A stretch of DNA of 64,000 nt from Actinomycetota bacterium (GCA_003598015.1 QZKE01000033.1:124616-188615); one strand, 5' to 3'; numbered from the stretch's first letter, positions 27,314-37,371 are shown. The notes: a model not told the origin generated them from the sequence alone. Numbers and translations: made by a program.

Positions 27314-27768
27314 GACAGACCTCGTATCAAATAGCACCCTTGCCAGTGAGAATGATACAGGGAAAACGGCCCAGGCTTCAACGGCAAATCAATCGACTCG
27401 CGCCACCCATTTGCCCAGGGCTTTTCCCATGCTCCGTATGCCCCCACCCGAGCGAGGCGAGGAGGTCGGCTGCCAGGGCCTCCCAATATCATACAACACC
27501 ATGCATGGATATCAGGACAGGCAGCTTTACTCTGTCCTTCTCGATCCCTCCGACGCGGTCGCATTGCCGCAATTGCTTTGCTTTACAGAATTTGCCTATA
27601 CATTATGCTGATGACAAGGGCTATCATCACAAACACTCCGTATAAGCAGGCTCGTGTATTGCGGCGCCCTGGAGCGGTCGGATATGCGGATACGGCTGGG
27701 AGGCAAGCTGCGAACGAGCTGCCGGCCGCATAACTGACTGTACCGCTCAAGAAAGAGGGGGTTAGAAG

Positions 27769-28953
27769 ATGGAATCCATGCACTACGACCTTGTGGTGGT
27801 GGGGGGAGGCCCGGCAGGAGCGGCTGCGGCCAGGGCGGCAGTCGAAGGCGGGATGAGCACCTTACTCATCGAGAAGAAGAAGATGCCCCGGCCCAAGCAG
27901 TGTTCGGGCATGATCATGCCGGCTGCCCGGCGCTACTTGCAGGAATATTTCGGGCCCCTGCCGGAGAAGGTACTGGCGAGTCCGCCCTTCAAGGGCTCGA
28001 GCTGGCATCTCAAGGGAGACAGGACCATCAACGTACATCTGGACGGAGATAACGTATGGCGGGACAGGTTCGACCAGTGGTTGTGCGAGGAATCCGGGGC
28101 GGAAATACGTGATGGGACGAGGCTCGTGGATTTCGCGGCATGGAAGGACCATGTTGAAATCATCTGCCTCCGCAATGGCGAGGAAGTGAGGCTGCGTTCC
28201 TCGGCCATGGTAGCGGCGGACGGGGTCTATTCCGGGGTCGTAAAGAAAATAGATCCAACCTTCAATGATGGCCTGGACTGCTTCTATTACCGGCAGGACT
28301 ATTACCGCTGCGATGTGGAACTGGAGCCGGGTTATTTCCATGTTTTCCTGGATCCAAGGTTCGGGCTCTACCCCGCCGCCTATGTCAAGGACGACATTCT
28401 GGTGGTGGACAGTTGCGTACGTGCGGGAGAGAAGATCGCGCCGGCCCATGATCGCTATTGCTCATCTTTGAGCGAGAAGCACGGTTTCAAGTGTCACGAG
28501 CTGGTCATGACCTTGGGCTGCAGGGAGACCGGTACACCTGGATTCAACCGCTTCTGCCTGGGCACGGACCGCGTCCTTGTGGCGGGAGAGGCGGCCGGCT
28601 TCATAAACGGTTACGGCGAGGGCATCTCGTCGGCGTTAGCCACGGGTTATCTGGCGGGGAAAGCGGTGGTGGAATCCGGGAGCTCCTCTCCCGGGCCCGT
28701 GTATCGAGAAAGCGTTGCGCCTGAGAGGGAGCGTACCATGAAAGAATGGCACCTGCCGGACGTCATATCGGGACGCTCCAATCCGGATGTAACCCGGGCC
28801 ATTATGGCCTTGCCTCCCAAGGACATACTGCGGCTGATGCCGAAGATATTCGCCTTCGGCATCAAGCATAAAGCTTTCCCCGGGTTTCACAGGGGCAACT
28901 TGGAGCTCTCCCTGAGAAGGCTGCTGCACGGCGATTTTAACTTCCGAGGTTGA
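27769..28953 (+). CDS. FAD-dependent oxidoreductase (geranylgeranyl-reductase-like family)
   Basis: N-terminal DLVVVGGGPAGAAAARAA Rossmann FAD motif; GDAAG-like VAGEAAGF near C-terminus. Confidence 0.75.
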   Translation: MESMHYDLVVVGGGPAGAAAARAAVEGGMSTLLIEKKKMPRPKQCSGMIMPAARRYLQEYFGPLPEKVLASPPFKGSSWHLKGDRTINVHLDGDNVWRDRFDQWLCEESGAEIRDGTRLVDFAAWKDHVEIICLRNGEEVRLRSSAMVAADGVYSGVVKKIDPTFNDGLDCFYYRQDYYRCDVELEPGYFHVFLDPRFGLYPAAYVKDDILVVDSCVRAGEKIAPAHDRYCSSLSEKHGFKCHELVMTLGCRETGTPGFNRFCLGTDRVLVAGEAAGFINGYGEGISSALATGYLAGKAVVESGSSSPGPVYRESVAPERERTMKEWHLPDVISGRSNPDVTRAIMALPPKDILRLMPKIFAFGIKHKAFPGFHRGNLELSLRRLLHGDFNFRG

Positions 28954-29103
28954 TTGATAAGCATTTCAGGTTCTTCTCCGAAAAGCTTGGGTGAACAGTA
29001 TGGTGGAATCAGGGTCAGGCCAGGCCTAACGGCAGCTACTCACACTTCTCAGGGAAGAACTACATCATACCCTGGGGAGTCGTGCGAGAAATGGAGGATG
29101 ATC

Positions 29104-31170
29104 ATGATGGGAGGAAACTGGGGCAGGATTCTCGAGGTCGATCTCACGCAAAGGTCCGTGCGGGACCTGGAGCCGGATGAGCAACTGTATCGCGATTACC
29201 TGGGGGGCAGCGGCCTGGCCGCCAGGCTGTTCTTCGACCGCCGTGGTTGGGAGGCTGATCCCTTATCCCCCGAGAACCCGCTGCTGATCATGCTGGGGCC
29301 GCTCTCGGGGTTGAACCTTCCGGGGGTGTCCAGGCTGGAGATCTGCGCCCGCTCCCCCCTCACCGGCATCTGGGGGGAATCCTGCATGGGAGGCCACTTC
29401 GCCCCTCAATTGAAGCGCACCGGCTACGACGGTATCATCGTGACCGGGGCATCGGACAAGCCGGTCTACCTCTGGGTGACGGACGAGGGGGCCGAGATCC
29501 GCGACGCCTCCCACCTCTGGGGCAGGGACACCTACGAGACGGAGGATATCCTCAAGACGGAGGCGGGAGACAAGCGAGCCCAGGTGATGTGCATCGGCCT
29601 GGCCGGGGAGAACCTGGTGAAGTACGCCAACGTGATGAACGACAGGGGCTCCACAGCCGGGCGCTGCGGCATGGGGGCGGTGATGGGCTCCAAGAAGCTC
29701 AAGGCGGTGGTGGCCCGGGGCGGCAGGAAACCTCCCATCGCCGACGAGGATGGGTATAAGAAAATCCGCGAGCGGCTGGGCGAGGTATTGAAGTTCAGCA
29801 TGGTGGCCGAGTCCTTCGGCGCCTACGGGACCAACGTGGGCATGGAGTTCGGCATGGCCATGGGAGACGTACCCACCAAGAACTGGCGGGAGGCCTACTG
29901 GGAGGCCGGCCGGGAGAAGCTGGGCGGAGTGGCGGTGGCGGAGACCATCCTTACCAGGACCCACTCCTGCTACGGATGTCCCGTGGGATGCAAACGTATC
30001 GTAGAGGTGGATTCCGGCCCCTACGCCCTGGAGGAAGGTCCGGGAAGCGAGTACGAGACAGCCGCGGCCCTGGGCACCTTGCAGCGCCTGGACAGCGTGG
30101 AGGCCAATCACAAGGCCAACGAGATGTGCAACCGCTACGGCATGGACACCATCTCCGCCGGGGGGAGCATCGCCTACGCAATCGAGGCCTTCGAGGAAGG
30201 CTTGATCGTGGAGGCCGACACCGGCGGCATCAAGCTGGGCTGGAACCAGCCCGAGACCCTGCTCCTGCTCATCGACAAGATCGCCCAGAGGGAGGGTTTC
30301 GGGGATGAGCTGGCCGAGGGGGTACGGTCCATGTCCGGGAAATACGGCGGGGAGGAATTCGCCATCCACGTCAAGGGGCTGGAATGTCCCATGCACGATC
30401 CCCGGGCGATGTGGGGCCTGGCCCTTACCTATGCCACGTCGGTGAGGGGAGCGTGCCACGTCTCCGACGCGAATCTTTTCGCTGATTATGGCATAACCGA
30501 CCACAGGGACCTGGGGGCGAAGAGGTCCTGGCCGTACAGGGCCAAGGGCAAGGCGGCCCAGACGGTGGCATCGCAGGAGAAAGGATCCGTGGCCAACTCG
30601 GCGATCATCTGCCTGATCGCCTGGGCTTCGGAAGGCGGCGCCATGCGGGATATGATGGAGATGCTCAACCCCGTCACCGGCTTCGCCTACGATGTGGATG
30701 AACTGGCTCGGGTGGGGGACCGCATATGGTTTATCAAGCGCGCTATCGGCAACCTCTGCGGGGCTACACGCCAGGATGACCGGCTGCCCGCGCGCATCAT
30801 AGAGCCGCATGTTGAGGGGACCACCTCGTATCTCACCATGGCGGCATTCCCGACCATGATGTCCATGCTGCCCATGGGCAAGCTGCGGGTGGATAAGCTG
30901 AGGGATGTCCTGGCCAACTTCCAGATGAAGGTCCTGGTGCCCAACATGAACAAGCTGCTCAGATCCCAGCGCAATCTTCCCGGTTTCAGGGGCCACATGA
31001 AAAGGCTGGAGGCGGGAGAGGCGGAGGAGATAAAGCGCAGGACAGTCCCCTTCGACGATATGCTCCAGGAGTATTATCGCTTGCGTGATATAGACGGCCG
31101 GGGGCGCCCCAGCCGCAAGGTCCTCGAGAGCCTGGGGATGGGGGAGGTGGCCAAGGAGCTGCACGGCTGA
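29104..31170 (+). CDS. Aldehyde:ferredoxin oxidoreductase (tungsten-containing AOR family)
   Basis: AOR N-terminal domain (GNWGRILEVDL...GGSGLAARL) and AOR C-terminal domains with Cys ligands; GGAGG 6 nt before ATG 29104. Confidence 0.85.
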   Translation: MMGGNWGRILEVDLTQRSVRDLEPDEQLYRDYLGGSGLAARLFFDRRGWEADPLSPENPLLIMLGPLSGLNLPGVSRLEICARSPLTGIWGESCMGGHFAPQLKRTGYDGIIVTGASDKPVYLWVTDEGAEIRDASHLWGRDTYETEDILKTEAGDKRAQVMCIGLAGENLVKYANVMNDRGSTAGRCGMGAVMGSKKLKAVVARGGRKPPIADEDGYKKIRERLGEVLKFSMVAESFGAYGTNVGMEFGMAMGDVPTKNWREAYWEAGREKLGGVAVAETILTRTHSCYGCPVGCKRIVEVDSGPYALEEGPGSEYETAAALGTLQRLDSVEANHKANEMCNRYGMDTISAGGSIAYAIEAFEEGLIVEADTGGIKLGWNQPETLLLLIDKIAQREGFGDELAEGVRSMSGKYGGEEFAIHVKGLECPMHDPRAMWGLALTYATSVRGACHVSDANLFADYGITDHRDLGAKRSWPYRAKGKAAQTVASQEKGSVANSAIICLIAWASEGGAMRDMMEMLNPVTGFAYDVDELARVGDRIWFIKRAIGNLCGATRQDDRLPARIIEPHVEGTTSYLTMAAFPTMMSMLPMGKLRVDKLRDVLANFQMKVLVPNMNKLLRSQRNLPGFRGHMKRLEAGEAEEIKRRTVPFDDMLQEYYRLRDIDGRGRPSRKVLESLGMGEVAKELHG

Positions 31171-31285
31171 AGCGCCCGTCAGCTGCAAGCCTTGAGGGGC
31201 TCGGAACCCTGACTCCTGGTCACGAGGGCATGAGGTAAGGCGCCCGCCTGTTTCAACCGCCGGCTAAACCGGGTGCCCTGGCGCA

Positions 31286-32593
31286 TCAACCCAAAGCGTC
31301 CGCGAGAAAACTCAGCATTTTCGCCCAGGAGTCCGAGCTGGCGCGCGCGTTCGCCCCGGGGCTGCCGCCGAAGTCCAGGGCCATGCCGGAGAAGACGCGG
31401 GTGTAGCCCACCGTCGCCGGCTGATAGGGCATGAAGACGACGTGGCCTGCGCCGTCGTAGTCCAGGTGCTCGCAGGGGTAGGGGTGGTTGTTCTTCTCCA
31501 GGCGCCCGAGGGCGATGCGTGACAGCTCGGAGGACGGCCATACCCTGTCCCCCTTGCCGGACACCAGCAGCACCGGCCCCTTTATCTTCTCCACCTCTAT
31601 GGTGGCCTTATCCACCGACCCCTCGTCCTTCATACCCTCGATATAGGTGGACAGGGTGGAGAGGGGCTTTCCTGACATGCCGCTCCAGATGGCCTTCGCC
31701 GTGAACGCGAAGCTGTCCTTGCGCTTCGCGAAGGGCACCGCCTCCCCCCGCCAGGTCCAGGGCGTATCCGCTTCCGCTTCCCGGGGGTTCTTGTGCAGCC
31801 CCTCGAAGACCACTCCCCCTCCGGAGATGGAGACCACCGCGCTCACCTGCTCCAGTTTGGAGGCGACCAGGAGGGCGCCCTCGCCGCCCCGCGACACCCC
31901 GATGAGGGCGACGCCGTCCTCTCTCACTTCCAGCCTCGCGGACAGCCAGGCGATGCATTTCTCGAAGTATTCCACGGGGATTCTTATGTAGTCTTCCGGC
32001 TGTCCAGCGCCGCCGAAGTAGAGCAGGGAGAGCACGGCGTAGCCCCGCGAGGCCAGGAGGGACCCCCTGTCCTCCATGATGCGGTTGGAGGTGCCGTGCA
32101 TGACGATGATTCCGGGACGCGGACCGGCGGCAACGGGCTTGAAGTAGGTGCCCGTGATGCCGCCCTCGGAGACGGGGATGCGCTCCACTCCCGGCGCCAG
32201 GTACAGCCTCTCGATCTCCCTGGTGGCTGCGGCAGCCCCATCCACTTGCGCGGTGAAGGTCATCTTCTTGGGTTCGGTGTTCTCCTTCACGTATATGCCC
32301 GCGCTCTTGTCCAGCGGGGACATGGACCAGAAGAGGCCCATGGGATCGGCATCCTTGTAGGTTCCCGCGGCGGGCTTGTGCCGGGACAGGTCCGCCATGC
32401 CGTCCTCATCGCAGGTAAAGACGGCATGGGATTCCCACCTCTTCCCGGCGTCGTCATCGAGCGACGCGCCGAGGTTCACCCGCTGGTGAGGCTCGAAGCC
32501 GGCAAGCCTTATCTCCAGCGCTTCGTCGGCCAGCGAACTCTCGGGCGCTATCTCTATGCGCGGTCCTTGGGGAGCCCCTTCATCCCTTGCCAT
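31286..32593 (-). CDS. Acyl-CoA thioesterase / BAAT-family hydrolase (N-terminal thioesterase-like beta domain + C-terminal alpha/beta hydrolase)
   Basis: GVSRGG nucleophile elbow, C-terminal YDGAGH; ATG 32593 with GGGAGGTG RBS. Confidence 0.6.
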   Translation of the reverse strand: MARDEGAPQGPRIEIAPESSLADEALEIRLAGFEPHQRVNLGASLDDDAGKRWESHAVFTCDEDGMADLSRHKPAAGTYKDADPMGLFWSMSPLDKSAGIYVKENTEPKKMTFTAQVDGAAAATREIERLYLAPGVERIPVSEGGITGTYFKPVAAGPRPGIIVMHGTSNRIMEDRGSLLASRGYAVLSLLYFGGAGQPEDYIRIPVEYFEKCIAWLSARLEVREDGVALIGVSRGGEGALLVASKLEQVSAVVSISGGGVVFEGLHKNPREAEADTPWTWRGEAVPFAKRKDSFAFTAKAIWSGMSGKPLSTLSTYIEGMKDEGSVDKATIEVEKIKGPVLLVSGKGDRVWPSSELSRIALGRLEKNNHPYPCEHLDYDGAGHVVFMPYQPATVGYTRVFSGMALDFGGSPGANARASSDSWAKMLSFLADALG

Positions 32594-32935
32594 TTTGGCA
32601 CCTCCCGGTGGTAATGCACGGTTCCGCCCGTGCCGAGAGACGTTGAAAACGCACTTGACCATAGCATAACGCATGTTCGCATCCGAGTGGTGGAGAATGG
32701 CCGGCATTTTATGGTGCTGCATTACCTTCCAATCCCCTCTCGTCCCCCCGTGGTGTTTGCGTCCCGCATTCCTGCCACTCCTTCCCGTTCAAGCCGGGAA
32801 GGGTCCGGAAAATACCATCCACCTCACCGCGGGCGACCTTGGTTTGCATGCCGGCGATATACTGGCAGGGGCTCCGATGCAATAATAGAGGCATGCCGTT
32901 ACCATTGCAGGCTCTCAGGTGAGGAGGGAGGGGGC

Positions 32936-35599
32936 ATGGGCAGGTCATTCCTGATGGCGTTCGACCTCGGCGGCGGCTCCGGCAGGTGCATACTGGTCGA
33001 CCTGGAAACGGGAGCCGCCTTTTCAACCAAGAGGGACTGGTCGTATCCCGTAGCGCCCGGTACCGCGGGCCTGGGTTACGACCTGGATCTCGAGGACATG
33101 TGGCGCAAGCTGGGAGAAGCCTGCCGCCAGGTGGTGGAGGAAGCGGGAGCCGGGCCCGGGGAAATACTGGGCGTAGCCGCCACCAGCATGCGCAACACCA
33201 CGGTATTGCTGGACGGCGAAGACAGGGTGCTCTTCGCCACCCCCAACCAGGACGGGCGTGCCCTGGGCAACGCGCTGATGCTGGCGGGCGAGCGCGGCAT
33301 GGAGTTCTATCGGGCGGGCGGCCACTGGCCGGGCCCCATTTTCACCGGCCCGAGGCTGCTGTGGATGCAGAACAACGCGCCGGAACTCCTCGCACGGGCC
33401 ACGCGCGTCACCTGCCTCTCCGACTGGATGGGGTTCCGCCTGAGCGGGGGTCTCTATTCCGAGAGGTCGCAGGCGGGCGAGACCATCCTCTTCGACCACC
33501 GCAAACGCGACTGGGCCCGGGACCTCATCGCGTCCATCGGAGTGGATCCGGGGATGTTCCCCGAGGTGGTGGGTGCGGGGACCCTTATCGGAAGCCTCAC
33601 GCGCGAGGCGGCGGAGCACCTGGGCCTGGCGCCCGGCATCCCGGTTGCGGCGGGCGGCGCCGACACCCAGTGCGGCCTGCTGGGGGCGGGATGCGTGCGG
33701 GACGGGGATCTCGGCGTCATCGCCGGAACCTCCATGTCCGTGCAGCAGGTCTGCGGGGACTACGTGCTGGACGGGGAGGGCCGGCTGTGGAGCGGGCAGC
33801 ACGTGGTGCCCGGACTGTACGTGCTGGAGAGCAACGGCCTGCTCTCGGGCACGGTCCTGGAATGGTTCTCGCGCATCCTCCATCCGGGCAGCTACGACCC
33901 GCTCGCGGTCCTCTTCGCCGCGGCGGCACGTTCCGAGCCCGGCGCGGCGGGGGTGTATTCGACCTTCGGGGCCCATGTAGGGGACGCCCGCAGCATCAGC
34001 GTCATCCTCGGCAGCCTCACCATGTCCCACATGGTGACCCCCGACACCCTCGCCTGCCGCGATCACATCGGCCGGGCCCTGCTGGAGGGCATCGCCTATT
34101 CCGCCTGGGCCAACGCCGGACAGGTCATCGCGGTGAGCGGCATGGACCCGGACTTCCTTGACGCGGGAGCGGGCATGTCCAGGAGCGCACTGTGGACCCA
34201 GATAGTCAGCGACGTGGCGGGGAAGACGGTAAGGGTGCATGCGGTGGCGGAGAACTCGGCGCTGGGCGCGGCCATCTGCGCCGGCGTGGGGGCCGGCGTC
34301 TTCCCCGACCTGGTGGAGGGCGCCAGCCGCCTGGTGAGCGTGGAGAGGGAACAGCGGCCGGGGGAGCATGCCCAGAAATACGGGGAGCTGTACGCGGGCT
34401 GGAGGGAGGCCATGGACAAAGGCTCCGAGTGTGAAAGCTGCATGGCGAACCAGATGGCCGTGGCCATGCTCTCCCGCGCGCCGGCGGCCTGCGAGGCACC
34501 ACCCGCCTTCCGGCCCCGCATACTGGTCACCGCGAGCATGGACGATGCGGCCCTGGGCGAGCTGCGCGGCATGGGCGAAGTGGACTTCCGCCCCTGGCGC
34601 GAGGAGATGAGCGTCCTGGGGGGCGGGCGGGAGCTGGCGCAGGCGCTGGCGGGCTTCGACGTCTTCATCACCGAGATGGACGTGGTGGACTTCGAGGCCC
34701 TGCGCGATACGCCGGGCCTGAAGATGATCATCTGCTGCCGCGTCAACGCCGTCAACGTCGACCTGGAGGCGGCCACCGCCTTCGGCGTACCCGTGGCCAA
34801 CACCCCCGGCAGGAACTCAGGCGCGGTGGCGGACCTCGCCGTGGGCTTCATGATCATGCTGGCGCGCAAGCTGCCCGGGGCGGCCACGTTCCTCAAGCAA
34901 AGCGGCGGCGAGGCCGGCGACCTCCTGCGCATGGCGCAGGCCTACGAGGAATACCAGGGCAGCGAGCTCTGGCGCAAGACGGTAGGCCTGGTGGGCCTGG
35001 GCAACGTGGGAACGCGGGTCGCCGCCAGGCTGTGCCCCTTCGGCGCGAAGGTCATCTTCTACGATCCCGGAATAGACGCCGCGGAAGGGGTACTGGCGGG
35101 GGCCGAGAAGGTGTCCTTCGAGGAGTTGCTGAGGCGCAGCGACTTCGTGAGCGTGCATGCCCCGGCCACCGCGGCCAGCGAAAAGCTCATGGACCGTGAG
35201 GCCTTCTCGCGCATGAAGGAGGGGGCGTTCTTCATCAACACGGCGCGGGCCTCCCTCGTCGATGACGAGGCCCTGGCGGAGGCGCTGGAGAGCGGGAAGC
35301 TCGCCGGGGCCGCACTGGACGTTTTCACGGTGGAGCCCCCCGCGGCGGATAACCGGTTGGCGGGGAGGGAAGACGTCATCGCCACCCCGCATATAGGGGG
35401 CAACACGCGGGAGATCGGCGCCCACCAGGGGGATATCGCCGCGGACCAGCTGCGCAAACTGCTGCGCGGAGCGTCACCCGACCACATCCTCAACCCGGGG
35501 GTACTGGAGGGGTTCGCCTGGGAGGGGCCCCGCCGCGAACCACCTCCCGAGGTGCTCGAGTCACTCGCCCGCAACCCGAAGCCGTCCATCACCTCTTAG
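32936..35599 (+). CDS. Fusion protein: FGGY-family carbohydrate kinase (N-terminal about 500 aa) + D-isomer-specific 2-hydroxyacid dehydrogenase (C-terminal about 330 aa)
   Basis: Single frame without stop; FGGY motifs (MAFDLGGGSGRC, AGGADTQCG, GTSM); 2-HADH NAD-binding GLVGLGNVGTRVA and catalytic HIGGNT; ATG 32936 with GAGGAGGGAGGGGG RBS. Confidence 0.7.
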   Translation: MGRSFLMAFDLGGGSGRCILVDLETGAAFSTKRDWSYPVAPGTAGLGYDLDLEDMWRKLGEACRQVVEEAGAGPGEILGVAATSMRNTTVLLDGEDRVLFATPNQDGRALGNALMLAGERGMEFYRAGGHWPGPIFTGPRLLWMQNNAPELLARATRVTCLSDWMGFRLSGGLYSERSQAGETILFDHRKRDWARDLIASIGVDPGMFPEVVGAGTLIGSLTREAAEHLGLAPGIPVAAGGADTQCGLLGAGCVRDGDLGVIAGTSMSVQQVCGDYVLDGEGRLWSGQHVVPGLYVLESNGLLSGTVLEWFSRILHPGSYDPLAVLFAAAARSEPGAAGVYSTFGAHVGDARSISVILGSLTMSHMVTPDTLACRDHIGRALLEGIAYSAWANAGQVIAVSGMDPDFLDAGAGMSRSALWTQIVSDVAGKTVRVHAVAENSALGAAICAGVGAGVFPDLVEGASRLVSVEREQRPGEHAQKYGELYAGWREAMDKGSECESCMANQMAVAMLSRAPAACEAPPAFRPRILVTASMDDAALGELRGMGEVDFRPWREEMSVLGGGRELAQALAGFDVFITEMDVVDFEALRDTPGLKMIICCRVNAVNVDLEAATAFGVPVANTPGRNSGAVADLAVGFMIMLARKLPGAATFLKQSGGEAGDLLRMAQAYEEYQGSELWRKTVGLVGLGNVGTRVAARLCPFGAKVIFYDPGIDAAEGVLAGAEKVSFEELLRRSDFVSVHAPATAASEKLMDREAFSRMKEGAFFINTARASLVDDEALAEALESGKLAGAALDVFTVEPPAADNRLAGREDVIATPHIGGNTREIGAHQGDIAADQLRKLLRGASPDHILNPGVLEGFAWEGPRREPPPEVLESLARNPKPSITS

Positions 35600-35617
35600 A
35601 GGGGAAAGGAGACAGCC

Positions 35618-35959
35618 ATGGCCGTTGGTTTCCCGGCTAAATACGAGGAAGTACGCCCATACAACCTGCACTTCAACTATCTCAGCAACGCTGCGGTGAA
35701 CGCGCTGAATTCCCTGGGATGGAAATACTATGCTTTAACTCCCTATCAATTCAGCGCGGAGGGCAAGATGAGCCTCTTATCCTGGGGCGAGACCATGGCC
35801 ATCAATATCTTCCAGGACGGAACGGTGCAGATGCTGAGCAAATGCTCATTCCCCCTGCAATGGTTCGATTGGGGCAAGAACAAGAAAAATGTGGTCCGTT
35901 TCTTCGCCTGGCTGGATTATTTCCTTTCCCAGATGGCCTATGCGCCTGGAAACAGATAA
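35618..35959 (+). CDS. Hypothetical protein (aromatic-rich, no recognised domain)
   Basis: 113-aa ORF, RBS GGAAAGGAG, 19 nt after preceding gene; lower GC than surroundings. Confidence 0.4.
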   Translation: MAVGFPAKYEEVRPYNLHFNYLSNAAVNALNSLGWKYYALTPYQFSAEGKMSLLSWGETMAINIFQDGTVQMLSKCSFPLQWFDWGKNKKNVVRFFAWLDYFLSQMAYAPGNR

Positions 35960-36148
35960 TTATCAATGAGAGCCTTCACTTCCTGAGGGCTGACGTAAGG
36001 GGGGTAGAACGTACCCGACTCCGATCAATTGCCCCAGGCGTAATGGTAAGAATGAGCCTGGGGTCAGAATGTGAGGATCTACTGGCTAAATGACCGGAGA
36101 TCACACCGGACAGGGCTACGCCCTGGCTGCGTTATTCTCAATCTTCGT

Positions 36149-36799
36149 CTAAGTGCCTTCGTAACCTTTCTCGTAGTCCTTATTGTAACCGTCATAGAAA
36201 CCGCGTTCATACTCTGGGGGGCCGCCGCCGGTCCAAAGGCCGGGTGTGGGGCTGAACCCAAATCCGAAATCCTTGTCCGCTTCGCCGTGCCTTAAGCCCA
36301 TCTCATATCCATCTTCGTAGCCAGCATCGTAGTCCAGGATTCTATCTGACTCCACGGTCTCTTTATCATCACTGGAGGCCTCCTCCCCAGAGGCCTCTTC
36401 CTCGGAGGCAGCTAACTGCAGCTCTTCCTCCTTTATGCGAATGCAATCTTCGTAAGCGTCAAAATATCCATCCAGATTACCAACCCGGAATCCCTCGTCA
36501 TACTTTGCATTGCCGGTCTTGACGCCCATGGAAGAAGGGGTGAAGTCTTCTCCCCTCGCGTAGTCCCCCGTCCCTTCGGAATACCCGTTCTTATAGCCGA
36601 GATCGTATCCTTTGCGATACTCCTCACTTGTGGATTTGTTGCGGTTGGCTGGATCGCCGACACCCTGTTTCTTCAGCAAGTCCATGTACGCCTTGTTCCT
36701 CTCCGCCAAGCTCTTGCCGTTGCAGCCGCAAGAGAGGATAAGGGACAGGCTGAGTAAAGATATGATCAGCAACAGACCCCTGGTGGTGGCCTTCTGTAT
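36149..36799 (-). CDS. Predicted lipoprotein with Gly/Tyr/Asp-rich repeats (GYDLGYKNGY, DGYFDAYED, GYEDGYEMG)
   Basis: Signal peptide ending in lipobox-like LILSC|GC; low-GC gene. Confidence 0.5.
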   Translation of the reverse strand: MQKATTRGLLLIISLLSLSLILSCGCNGKSLAERNKAYMDLLKKQGVGDPANRNKSTSEEYRKGYDLGYKNGYSEGTGDYARGEDFTPSSMGVKTGNAKYDEGFRVGNLDGYFDAYEDCIRIKEEELQLAASEEEASGEEASSDDKETVESDRILDYDAGYEDGYEMGLRHGEADKDFGFGFSPTPGLWTGGGPPEYERGFYDGYNKDYEKGYEGT

Positions 36800-36971
36800 C
36801 ATCACAACCACCTGTTTTGGATTTGCCGCCCTATTGCTTTGATTATATACAGTGAGGGAATCCTATGCCTAGCATGTAGGATACGTATACAGTGCCATCT
36901 TTGCGGCTCTCTTTGAATCTGAGTCCTGCTAGGGTACATCTATATCCAGGATCACACGGGAAGGGCGTAAG

Positions 36972-37038
36972 TTGACGTTAGAATCGATATGTTCTATAGT
37001 TAACTGATATATATACTATATTGTTAGTTTACAATAGG
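36972..37038 (+). promoter_or_regulatory. Promoter for arsR-nifS-dsrE operon (TTGACG 36972-77, 17-nt spacer, TATAGT 36995-37000) followed by TATTGT-N6-ACAATA inverted repeat (putative ArsR operator)
   Basis: Read from sequence immediately 5' of ATG 37050. Confidence 0.4.
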
Positions 37039-37049
37039 TTCAGGTAGAG

Positions 37050-37370
37050 ATGAACGAGATATTCGAACTCCACGCGGACATATGCAAGACTTTTGCGAAC
37101 TCCAAGAGGCTTGAAATCATCGATGCATTGAGGGATCAAGAGATGACAGCAAGCCAGTTGCTCATGCGAATCGACACCAGTAAGGCAAACCTCTCACAAC
37201 ATATGAAAGTACTTGTGGAAAAAGGGGTAGTGGATTCGAGGAAAGACGGAGTGAAAGTTTACTACCGCCTGAGCGACGAGAGGATAACCAAAGCGTGCGA
37301 CCTGATGCGCGAGGTGTTGATAAAAAGGTTGGAGCTGAACAACGAGATCCTACAGAATCTGAGAAAGTAA
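37050..37370 (+). CDS. ArsR/SmtB family transcriptional regulator
   Basis: 106 aa; wHTH ICKTFANSKRLEIIDAL...MTASQLLMRIDTSKANLSQHMKVLVEKGVV. Confidence 0.8.
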   Translation: MNEIFELHADICKTFANSKRLEIIDALRDQEMTASQLLMRIDTSKANLSQHMKVLVEKGVVDSRKDGVKVYYRLSDERITKACDLMREVLIKRLELNNEILQNLRK

Positions 37371-37371
37371 A

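Noticed and set aside
2937-34369. Numerous long ORFs on the opposite strand or in alternative frames of real genes (e.g. 2937..4115, 4909..6792, 8229..9038, 10146..10940, 15120..16463, 18355..19407, 20234..21949, 22187..24208, 29263..31188, 33023..34369)
   Set aside because: Typical high-GC shadow ORFs: Arg/Pro/Gly/Ala-rich low-complexity translations, no RBS, fully nested in genes with strong family signatures.
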